Source: Promethearchaeota archaeon (lineage in GTDB: Archaea; Asgardarchaeota; Lokiarchaeia; Sigyniarchaeales; SOKP01). From it: 15,759 bases of DNA. A program made the position numbers and the translations under genes. Below the pieces are notes generated by a model, which was given only the letters and a program-made list of their open reading frames with translations, searched no databases and had not been told where the DNA came from. Below are positions 1 to 7,059 of this stretch, piece by piece (position 1 is the stretch's first letter; each line of letters begins with the position of its first letter). The stretch lies in contig JBHLNZ010000067.1 in NCBI GenBank assembly GCA_048941015.1, positions 1 to 15,759 of the forward strand. Reading direction: 5' to 3'.

Positions 1-123
1 ACAACTTTACATAAGTTAAGAAGTTTAATCCTTAAATATAAAGAAAATAATTCAGTTTTAAATCAAACAGAGATAAACGAAATTATTCAAAATATTGATG
101 AATGGAAAAAGCATTTACTATAA
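1..123 (+). CDS. Partial CDS (3' end) of an unknown protein running in from the left edge
   Basis: Frame 1 is open from base 1 to TAA at 121-123 (TTLHKLRSLILKYKENNSVLNQTEINEIIQNIDEWKKHLL*). It looks like an amphipathic helix and converges on the pssA-like gene. Confidence 0.7.
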   Translation, partial: TTLHKLRSLILKYKENNSVLNQTEINEIIQNIDEWKKHLL

Positions 124-146
124 TTGGTACAATTGTTTGTTTGGAT

Positions 147-905
147 TTACTTTTTATAACGTCTTTTTAAGAAAAAGCCTAATATCATATATCCAAAAAG
201 TCCAATAAAGGAACTAAAGAAAAAAATTGAAACCAATATTGAAATAATAAAGTTGGGATTTAAAATTCCAATGATACCCAAAATGGGGCAAAGAGGAGCG
301 ACACAAATTATAATTGTATAAGTTAATCTACTCTTTTCACCAAAACTGATATGAGTAGTAATATTAAACCATCCTGTTAATGCTAAGAAAAGCGGTATAA
401 AATAATAGGTTAATTCTGGAAATGCATAATGACTTGCTCCTCCATAGGCAAATGCATAAAAATAATTACCATAGAAATATGCAATCATTAATAAGGCACT
501 TAATGGAGTAGGTATACCAGTATATCCAAGACTATCCGAAATGTTGAATCTTGCTAATCGAAGTATAGCTCCTAATGCAAATAAGATGCACCCAATAATT
601 AATACAAAATCATAAGGATTTCCCGTTTTAAAAGCTTGATAAATTAGTATTGCCGGTGAAATACCAAATGTTAATGAATCACTCAGAGAATCAAGTTCTC
701 TTCCAATCTCATTTACCGTTCCTGTCTTTCGTGCAATATAACCATCAATTAAATCTGTACCTAAACTTATTGAAATTAAAAAAAAACCAAGAGATATGGC
801 ACTACGAGTCCCTATACCCGCACAAATAAGCGAGATTATGCCTAATGTCGATCCGATTAATGTTATATAATCTTTAAGTTTTAATAGACTCAGAATAGTT
901 GACAT
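147..905 (-). CDS. pssA: CDP-alcohol phosphatidyltransferase, PssA type (probable archaetidylserine/phosphatidylserine synthase)
   Basis: Complete CDP-OH motif DxxDGxxAR(x8)GxxxDxxxD (DLIDGYIARKTGTVNEIGRELDSLSD). PssA-typical motifs FGISPA, GAILRLARFN and YTGIPTP are present, with multiple TM helices. ATG at 905 (MSTILS) is preferred over 980, giving 252 aa. Confidence 0.85.
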   Translation of the reverse strand: MSTILSLLKLKDYITLIGSTLGIISLICAGIGTRSAISLGFFLISISLGTDLIDGYIARKTGTVNEIGRELDSLSDSLTFGISPAILIYQAFKTGNPYDFVLIIGCILFALGAILRLARFNISDSLGYTGIPTPLSALLMIAYFYGNYFYAFAYGGASHYAFPELTYYFIPLFLALTGWFNITTHISFGEKSRLTYTIIICVAPLCPILGIIGILNPNFIISILVSIFFFSSFIGLFGYMILGFFLKRRYKK

Positions 906-1033
906 TTTTTCTTCAAGTTGTAGTATTATTAATAATTTAAATCTAATTTTATTTAAATCATTTGCCAAGTATAAAAACATCCTTTTTTCCTAACCGTAAA
1001 TTTATTAGACAATAGGTATTATTGTTGATTAAT

Positions 1034-1070
1034 AAAAGTAAGAATTTATAATAACAATACAAGGATAGGA
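1034..1070 (+). promoter_or_regulatory. Putative archaeal BRE/TATA box plus SD-like site within the divergent pssA / scramblase-like intergenic region
   Basis: A purine-rich tract (aaaagtaagaa) is followed by TTTATAAT at 1045-1052, about 25 nt upstream of ATG 1073. AGGATAGGA lies at 1062-1070. The AT-rich background weakens the signal. Confidence 0.35.
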
Positions 1071-1072
1071 TT

Positions 1073-1861
1073 ATGAATTTTTGTCCTGAGTGTGGAGCTA
1101 AAGTAAGTGAAGAACAGAATTATTGTGAACAATGCGGTGCCGAATTATTAAAACAGTCTATATCTAAGGAACAATCTTCAGAAACAACATCAGAACCTGT
1201 CCCACATAAAAAGGGTGGTTTATTTGACATAAGCCGAAATTATTATGTTATCAAAGAAAAAATGTGGGATTTAGGATATGGTGATATTCTTGATGAAAGT
1301 GGAAACTTAATCGGTAAAATGAATCGAATTTTATTTAGTATACGAAGAAGAGTTGAACTTCAAGAATTAGATGGAACTGTAGCTGCAACCATTCATAGTA
1401 AGATTGTTTCAGCCAGAGGTGCCCAAGATCTTAAAGATCCTTCTGGTAATTTAATTGCGAGAATTAAGAGAAAGATTTTAACATTTTTTAGACATAAGTT
1501 TTATTTAGAAGATACTTTTGGAAACAGATGGTATGAAGCTGAAGGCGATTTTTTTGGTTGGAGTTTTAAAATTTATGATGTTTCATCAAAAAAACTTGTA
1601 GGTGAAATAGAAAAGTCAGATAGATGGCGAGATATTTTTCTGAGAGGTCTTTTTGATTTTGCAGATACTTATGCGTTAAAAATTTTAGATAACGAGACCG
1701 ATAGAAGGATTCTTGTTGGATTTGTACTTTCAATCGATAATGTTCTACATGATACAGGGGGTATGGGGCCAATGGTTGGTCCAGGTCCTTTTAGAGTACC
1801 TCCATATAGACGTGGGAGATTTCCTAGACGTTTTGGGGTACGTCCTGGTCGACGATTTTGA
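1073..1861 (+). CDS. Zinc-ribbon + LURP-one/scramblase (Tubby C-terminal fold) protein, paralogue 1, with Gly/Pro/Arg-rich tail
   Basis: N-terminal CPECG..CEQCG zinc ribbon. Repeated beta-hairpin units (ILDESGNLIGKM, LQELDGTVAATI, LKDPSGNLIARI) are followed by VGEIEK..W..FDFADTYALKI and the terminal helix DRRILVGFVLSID. This pattern is typical of LOR/scramblase barrels. Confidence 0.8.
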   Translation: MNFCPECGAKVSEEQNYCEQCGAELLKQSISKEQSSETTSEPVPHKKGGLFDISRNYYVIKEKMWDLGYGDILDESGNLIGKMNRILFSIRRRVELQELDGTVAATIHSKIVSARGAQDLKDPSGNLIARIKRKILTFFRHKFYLEDTFGNRWYEAEGDFFGWSFKIYDVSSKKLVGEIEKSDRWRDIFLRGLFDFADTYALKILDNETDRRILVGFVLSIDNVLHDTGGMGPMVGPGPFRVPPYRRGRFPRRFGVRPGRRF

Positions 1862-1875
1862 AATTTACCACAAAT

Positions 1876-1906
1876 TTCTGTTTATTTTTATCTTTATTTT
1901 TATTTC
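1876..1906 (+). terminator. Putative oligo(T) archaeal terminator
   Basis: T-rich tract (ttctgtttatttttatctttatttttatttc) just downstream of the stop at 1861. Confidence 0.35.
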
Positions 1907-1987
1907 TAAAATTTAAAAGATTAGTATAAATTTAAAAGACAAAATTTTCTTTTTTTTCTCAAAAAAATTAATCATTTTGTGAAATTA

Positions 1988-2659
1988 ATGTATTGTCAGA
2001 ATTGTGGAGCAGAAATAAAAGAATTGAATCAAAGATTCTGTCAGAATTGTGGAAGTGAAATTAAAGCTGCTATTGAAGGAACACCTAGCCCTTCTCAAAG
2101 CCCCCCTAAACCAGGTGGATTGTTTGATATTAATCGAAACTATTATATATTAAAAGAAAAATATTGGGACTGGGGTAGCGGCGATATTCTTGATGAGAAT
2201 AACAAGATCATCGGAAAGATGCATAGAAGAATTTTTAGCATTAGGAAAAAAGTTGAACTTATGGAACCCGATGGAACTATACTTGCCACAATACATGCTA
2301 AAATTATATCTGCCAGAGGTGCTCAAGATCTGAAAACTCCAGATGGTGACTTAATTGCAAGAATAAAAAAGAAAATTCTGTCTCTTTTCCGTCCGGTTTT
2401 TTATCTCGAGGCTCCAGATGGCACTCAATGGTACAGAGCTCAAGGTAAATTTTTAGGTTGGTCATATAAAGTTTATGACGTTTCAACTGACAAAATAGTA
2501 GCAGAAATTGAGAAGGCTGATAAATGGAGGGATGTATTTTTAGGTGGTTTATTAGATTTTAAAGATACCTATGCATTAAGAATCCTTGATAACGAAACCG
2601 ATAGAAGAATACTTGTTGGATTTGTTTTATCAATAGATAATGTTTTACATGATAATTGA
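1988..2659 (+). CDS. Zinc-ribbon + LURP-one/scramblase protein, paralogue 2
   Basis: CQNCG..CQNCG ribbon. The core is closely similar to paralogue 1 (shared GGLFDI, SARGAQDLK, ILDNETDRRILVGFVLSIDNVLHD). ATG 1988 is preferred over GTG 1979 by analogy with paralogue 1. Confidence 0.8.
   Translation: MYCQNCGAEIKELNQRFCQNCGSEIKAAIEGTPSPSQSPPKPGGLFDINRNYYILKEKYWDWGSGDILDENNKIIGKMHRRIFSIRKKVELMEPDGTILATIHAKIISARGAQDLKTPDGDLIARIKKKILSLFRPVFYLEAPDGTQWYRAQGKFLGWSYKVYDVSTDKIVAEIEKADKWRDVFLGGLLDFKDTYALRILDNETDRRILVGFVLSIDNVLHDN
1994..2053 (+). repeat. 15-nt direct repeat TGTCAGAATTGTGGA (1994-2008, 2039-2053) encoding both CQNCG knuckles
   Basis: Exact match with 45-nt spacing. The downstream residues are also similar (AEIK/SEIK). 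Confidence 0.8.
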
Positions 2660-2845
2660 TAAACACTTAATAATTTCTTTCCTTTTTATTTTTAGTTTAT
2701 TTAGCCGGAACTCCAAATTTAATATTTAAAAACATTTTTATTGATGAAATTTTATAATTTGGTAAAAAGAGTATTTTAATAAAGTAAATTATTATTTATT
2801 AAAGAGAAGAGATTCTAAAAACCTCAATAAAGACGTGAAAAATAA

Positions 2846-3802
2846 ATGACCGAGACATACGATGAATTCGTTGTATACGACCTAGAAAATACAGGAGAAC
2901 GCAAAAGATTAGATGTTACACAAGAGGATTTAGGAAAACAACTAAATCCCGACCAAGTTTTAATAATTATTCGTGAAGATTTGAGAAGGATATATATTTG
3001 GAAAGGTTCAAAATCTCCCGTTAGAAAGCGATTTATAAGTTCTAAAGTAGCACAAGATTTGCAAAGAGAACTCGTTAAAGATCCACGATACCATAGATGC
3101 AAAATTGTGTCTATTGATCAGGGAGATGAATTACAAGAATTTCTAAACGCATTTAAACTTGAATCTATGGAGGTAACAGAAAGATTACCTGATATGAGAT
3201 ATATAAGAAACATAGAACGAGACAGAGTTAAGGAAGTCGAACAAGTTTTGAAAGAAAAAGTGAGCGCTATAGAGGAAGATAAGCAATATTTCTCACCTAT
3301 ATTAGCCGATTCTTCTGATGATGTTGTTATTTCTTCTTTATCATATGGCATAACAATGCCTCCAAAAAGACCAGGAGAAATGATTAAACCAACAACAGTT
3401 AAGCGCTCTATTGGATTATCTGAAGAAGAAAGAACTAAAATTAAGGAAAACATTCTTAAAACTGAAGTTCCTGACAATTTAGAACGTCAAAATTTAATAT
3501 TAGGACATACTTTATATGCAGCAGTGTCTAAAGTCGCTGAAGTGTTTGGTAAAAGTATGGTTGATATTGTATGGGAAGAAGTTAGAAAACTTCCGAAAGG
3601 TATGATAGAGCTAGATAATAATATGCTTAGAGTGTATTTTAATCAACAGAAAGGAATTGTTGAAGCAGTAGAAGTTTTAAAAGAAAGAAGTGAAAAAATG
3701 AACAATTTGCCCAATGATGAAGTTAAAGCTCAGAAACAAGATAAAAAACCTTCATCATCGATAAAAAGGGATTTGCCCAAAATTCCAAAAGCTAAGGATT
3801 AG
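2846..3802 (+). CDS. Asgard gelsolin-domain protein (one N-terminal gelsolin domain plus uncharacterised C-terminal region; 1DGelX-like architecture)
   Basis: Residues ~1-105 match the gelsolin repeat pattern: LNPDQVLII..RIYIWKGSKS..KRFISSKVAQDL..IVSIDQGDELQEFLNAF (compare L...D.FIL....IYVW.G.......V.QG.E..EF...F). Confidence 0.8.
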   Translation: MTETYDEFVVYDLENTGERKRLDVTQEDLGKQLNPDQVLIIIREDLRRIYIWKGSKSPVRKRFISSKVAQDLQRELVKDPRYHRCKIVSIDQGDELQEFLNAFKLESMEVTERLPDMRYIRNIERDRVKEVEQVLKEKVSAIEEDKQYFSPILADSSDDVVISSLSYGITMPPKRPGEMIKPTTVKRSIGLSEEERTKIKENILKTEVPDNLERQNLILGHTLYAAVSKVAEVFGKSMVDIVWEEVRKLPKGMIELDNNMLRVYFNQQKGIVEAVEVLKERSEKMNNLPNDEVKAQKQDKKPSSSIKRDLPKIPKAKD

Positions 3803-3879
3803 ATTTTCTGTTTTAAGTATATTAATCCTTTTCCTTTGTAAAAAATGTATTAATTATTAAATTATCAGTTTTCTATTCT

Positions 3880-4557
3880 TTATAATTTATAAAAATCTTC
3901 ATCATCAGTTTGATTAACTTCTTGAAGTAATTTTGGTTCATCTTCATTTTCATCCACAGCTTCTGTTTCTTCTTCACTAATTTCTCTCTTTTCCGGTTCT
4001 GCCTCATAACTTATTTCTTGTTCTTTTTCTGGCTGAGGTATTGGTTTGTTTTTCTTTTTAATATTTTTCAAACCTTCAATAGCTTCCTTTCTTACGATTG
4101 GACTTCGATCTTTTAAAGCTTTAGCTAAAATATCCAAAGATATTGGGTGAGCCAATGTTCCAAGCTCCTCTGCGGCTTTTTTCCTCACATTTTCATCAAT
4201 ATCATTTAATAAAACATAGGTAAGTACTCCTAAAACCTTAATCTCCTCAAATTCACCTAGAGTATCAACTGCATCTTTTCTAACATCAGCTGCTGGATCT
4301 GAAATAGCTGTGATTGCTAATTGTTTTGAAACTTCATCACCCATACCAATTGGTTCGATTGAACTTAAATCTACTCCACAGAATTTACAAAAATTATGAT
4401 TGATTTTAATTAATTTTCCACAAGAAGGACAAATTCTCTGAGTATTGAAATCAATATTCACTTTAGTTGATCTTGTTGGAGTTGGAACTTCAGGATTTTC
4501 TCTTCTAACTTTGTATGGGTTATCATTAGGATTTGGGTAATAATTCGGTTTTCCCAT
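3880..4557 (-). CDS. Zinc-ribbon + HEAT-repeat protein with acidic disordered C-tail
   Basis: CPSCG..FCKFCG ribbon. Three HEAT_2/PBS-like repeats (DPAADVRKDAVDTLG, DIDENVRKKAAEELG, DRSPIVRKEAIEGL). E/D-rich tail. Confidence 0.8.
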   Translation of the reverse strand: MGKPNYYPNPNDNPYKVRRENPEVPTPTRSTKVNIDFNTQRICPSCGKLIKINHNFCKFCGVDLSSIEPIGMGDEVSKQLAITAISDPAADVRKDAVDTLGEFEEIKVLGVLTYVLLNDIDENVRKKAAEELGTLAHPISLDILAKALKDRSPIVRKEAIEGLKNIKKKNKPIPQPEKEQEISYEAEPEKREISEEETEAVDENEDEPKLLQEVNQTDDEDFYKL

Positions 4558-4637
4558 TTTAATTTCTCTTATAGCTAATTAAATATTATTAGTTCTTTTA
4601 TTTTAATAAAACTTTTTCCAATAAATAAAAATCGGAG

Positions 4638-4653
4638 TCCAATATTTATTGGA
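4638..4653. promoter_or_regulatory. Perfect inverted repeat TCCAATA-TT-TATTGGA; possible operator upstream of the HEAT gene
   Basis: 7-bp arms with a 2-nt spacer, and a third half-site TCCAATA at 4617-4623. Confidence 0.35.
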
Positions 4654-4659
4654 TTATTT

Positions 4660-4677
4660 AAAAAAAAGAAAAAAAAG
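4660..4677 (-). terminator. Putative oligo(T) terminator of fbaB
   Basis: Two long A runs on + (T runs on -) 13-30 nt after the fbaB stop. Confidence 0.45.
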
Positions 4678-4689
4678 ATTAATTAAATT

Positions 4690-5751
4690 CTATGCTATGG
4701 TTATGTCTTTACATAGATATACATCTTGAACAGCATTAAGAATCTTAATTCCTTCTAGAGTAGGTTTTTTAAACGCTTTCCTTCCTAAGATTAGCCCCAT
4801 CCCTCCAGAGCGTTTATTAATAACAGCTGCTTTAACAGCATCTTCTAGATCATTACCTCCGGATTCTCCTCCAGAGTTAATTAATCCTACACGACCCATA
4901 TAACAATTTGCTACTTGATATCTATTCCATTCTAAAGGATGATCAGTTGCTAATTTTTCATATACTAATTTATCCGTTTTTCCAAACTTTAAATCAAGAA
5001 AACCCCTACTCAAAGTAGAGATCTTTTGCTTTACAATATCTGCTTCAATAGTGACCCCTAGATGATTTGCTTGACTTTCTAAGTCATTTGCGGTATGATA
5101 GTCCTTCCCATCTTTTATGAATTCTTCCTTATTTCGCAAATAGCACCACAATACACAAACCAAACCAAGTTCATGGGCATATTTGAACGCTTCAGAAGTT
5201 TCTTGAATCTGTCTACGAGACTCAACTGAACCAAAATAGATAGTGGATCCGACTCCAACAGCTCCCATCTCCCATGCTTGATCCACTCCTGCAAACATAG
5301 TTTGGTCTGAAAGTTCGGGTTTAGTCAATAACTCATTATGATTTAATTTCACTATAAAAGGAAGCTTTCGAGCATATTTTCGACTAATCGATCCTAAAAT
5401 TCCAAGAGTGGAGGCCACAGCATTACAACCACCATCTATAGCTAACTTAATAATATTTTCAGGATCAAAATATGACGGATTAATAGCAAAACTAGCAGAC
5501 CCACTATGCTCAATTCCTTGGTCAACAGGTAGAATAGAAAGATATCCTGTTTTAGCTAATCTTCCGCGTTGATTGAAAATTCTTTCCATATTATTTAATA
5601 CTAAGTTATTCCTATCAGTATGTTCAAACACTCTTTCTATAAAATCGGGACCAGGTGCATGAATCATATTTTTAGGAATACCTGTACATGTATGAGTTAA
5701 AAGATCATCTGCTTCAGAACCAAGTAATTTTTTTATTTCTTCAAAATTCAT
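4690..5751 (-). CDS. fbaB: Class I fructose-bisphosphate aldolase (FbaB/DhnA family)
   Basis: [47 protein letters not shown], Schiff-base region [44 protein letters not shown]. This is the ~350-aa E. coli FbaB-type sequence. Confidence 0.95.
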   Translation of the reverse strand: MNFEEIKKLLGSEADDLLTHTCTGIPKNMIHAPGPDFIERVFEHTDRNNLVLNNMERIFNQRGRLAKTGYLSILPVDQGIEHSGSASFAINPSYFDPENIIKLAIDGGCNAVASTLGILGSISRKYARKLPFIVKLNHNELLTKPELSDQTMFAGVDQAWEMGAVGVGSTIYFGSVESRRQIQETSEAFKYAHELGLVCVLWCYLRNKEEFIKDGKDYHTANDLESQANHLGVTIEADIVKQKISTLSRGFLDLKFGKTDKLVYEKLATDHPLEWNRYQVANCYMGRVGLINSGGESGGNDLEDAVKAAVINKRSGGMGLILGRKAFKKPTLEGIKILNAVQDVYLCKDITIA

Positions 5752-5849
5752 AATTTCATCAAGAATATTTTATATCAAAAAATATAATAAATTATTTTTT
5801 ATGGATTATTGACTAAAAGTTTTTCTTATTAGATATTTTTTACTATTCA

Positions 5850-6182
5850 ATGCCAGATGAGTTTGATTTTAAAAATTACAAGTCAATGGAAGAATTTAGT
5901 AAAACGTTAGAAGGAACGAAGTATTTACATAATCTATATCTTAAAGCTGTAAACAATCCTACAAGAAGAGAGATTCTTGAAATAATAAATAATGCTAAAA
6001 GAATTTCAAAAGAGAACCTAATTAAAATGCTTATTGAAAAAGAGCTTATTAAAGATGAATCTAATTTTGATTATAATATAAATTATTTGATTAAAGCTTT
6101 TTGTGTTGAGAGGATCGAAGAAGGAGGGAAAATTTTTTTTGAAATTACTCAATCTGGTAAAGTGGTTGAATACTTAAAGTAA
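5850..6182 (+). CDS. ArsR-like winged-helix transcriptional regulator, paralogue 1
   Basis: LKAVNNPTRREILEII is the ArsR helix 1-2 pattern. Wing ending FEITQSGK. Confidence 0.7.
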   Translation: MPDEFDFKNYKSMEEFSKTLEGTKYLHNLYLKAVNNPTRREILEIINNAKRISKENLIKMLIEKELIKDESNFDYNINYLIKAFCVERIEEGGKIFFEITQSGKVVEYLK

Positions 6183-6221
6183 AGTTAAATTGATAATTCA
6201 GAAGTAGAGGATAATAAATAA

Positions 6222-6497
6222 ATGAGTGAACAAAAAAAAGTGAGCCATGCACAAACATTAAAAGCAGTTAATCACCCAATTAGAAGAGAGATACTTAGAT
6301 TTGTGAATGAAGCGAATAAAGTATCGAAAGATGATTTATTATCTAGATTAAAATTAGAAAAGATCCTTGAAAAAGAAGATACTTTTAATTATAATATGGA
6401 TTTTTTAATCCAAGCATTATGTGTCAAAATGGTTGAAGAAAAAGGTATCATTTATTTCGAAATATTACCGGGCGGTAAAGTTATTGAAAGTTTCTAA
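6222..6497 (+). CDS. ArsR-like winged-helix transcriptional regulator, paralogue 2
   Basis: LKAVNHPIRREILRFV, FNYNMDFLIQALCV and YFEILPGGK. Collinear with paralogue 1. GAGG lies upstream. Confidence 0.7.
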   Translation: MSEQKKVSHAQTLKAVNHPIRREILRFVNEANKVSKDDLLSRLKLEKILEKEDTFNYNMDFLIQALCVKMVEEKGIIYFEILPGGKVIESF

Positions 6498-6504
6498 AAA
6501 GGAT

Positions 6505-6966
6505 TTACTCATTAAATAATTTCTTATAACATTCGCAACAGGGAATTCCAAAACTTATTTTAACATTTTTTACTTTTACTTTTTTAATTTTAATAAATTT
6601 CATTAAGGATTCAATAATTTCTTGGTTTTGATCCTCTAAGAAGATATTTCTAAGATTGGAATAATGGTTGAAGTTCCCGCAAATAGGACAGGAAGAGTAA
6701 TTTCTTATAAACTTTTGAAATTTTCTTTTTTCTTTATTTGATAATTGGGCGTATTTTCTATCTGGATTGTTTAATATTATTTCTTTCAAATGATCTAATT
6801 CATGGAGCATTTGATCCCTTAAAACATTTGAATTATTAATTTGAGCCGTTAGATCATCTGAATTAGCCTCAAATCCGATATCATTGAATCTATCGAAATA
6901 TTCAATTGCTTCCCCAAAAAGGTAATGAGAATCTTTATTATATTTTATGTTCTTATTATTAGTCAT
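6505..6966 (-). CDS. Hypothetical protein with probable Zn-binding Cys pairs
   Basis: 153-aa ORF with CPIC and GIPCCEC motifs. No family recognised. Confidence 0.65.
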   Translation of the reverse strand: MTNNKNIKYNKDSHYLFGEAIEYFDRFNDIGFEANSDDLTAQINNSNVLRDQMLHELDHLKEIILNNPDRKYAQLSNKEKRKFQKFIRNYSSCPICGNFNHYSNLRNIFLEDQNQEIIESLMKFIKIKKVKVKNVKISFGIPCCECYKKLFNE

Positions 6967-7059
6967 TACTGTATCATAAATTGAAATGGAATTAATTCAA
7001 ATTATTATTAATGAATATTATTATATGAAAAAATTTATAATTTACATTAATATCAAATT

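Noticed and set aside
906-980. N-terminal 25-aa extension of the pssA-like ORF
   Set aside because: It lies in the AT-rich divergent promoter region. ATG 905 gives a normal PssA start.
1566-2486. Small ORFs 1566-1772(-), 1713-1916(+) and 2304-2486(-)
   Set aside because: They overlap well-supported paralogous genes, have no motifs, and are not preserved between the two paralogues.
2824-3477. ORFs 2824-3102(-) and 3118-3477(-)
   Set aside because: Antisense shadows of the gelsolin gene, with the Ser/Leu/Ile-rich composition typical of shadows.
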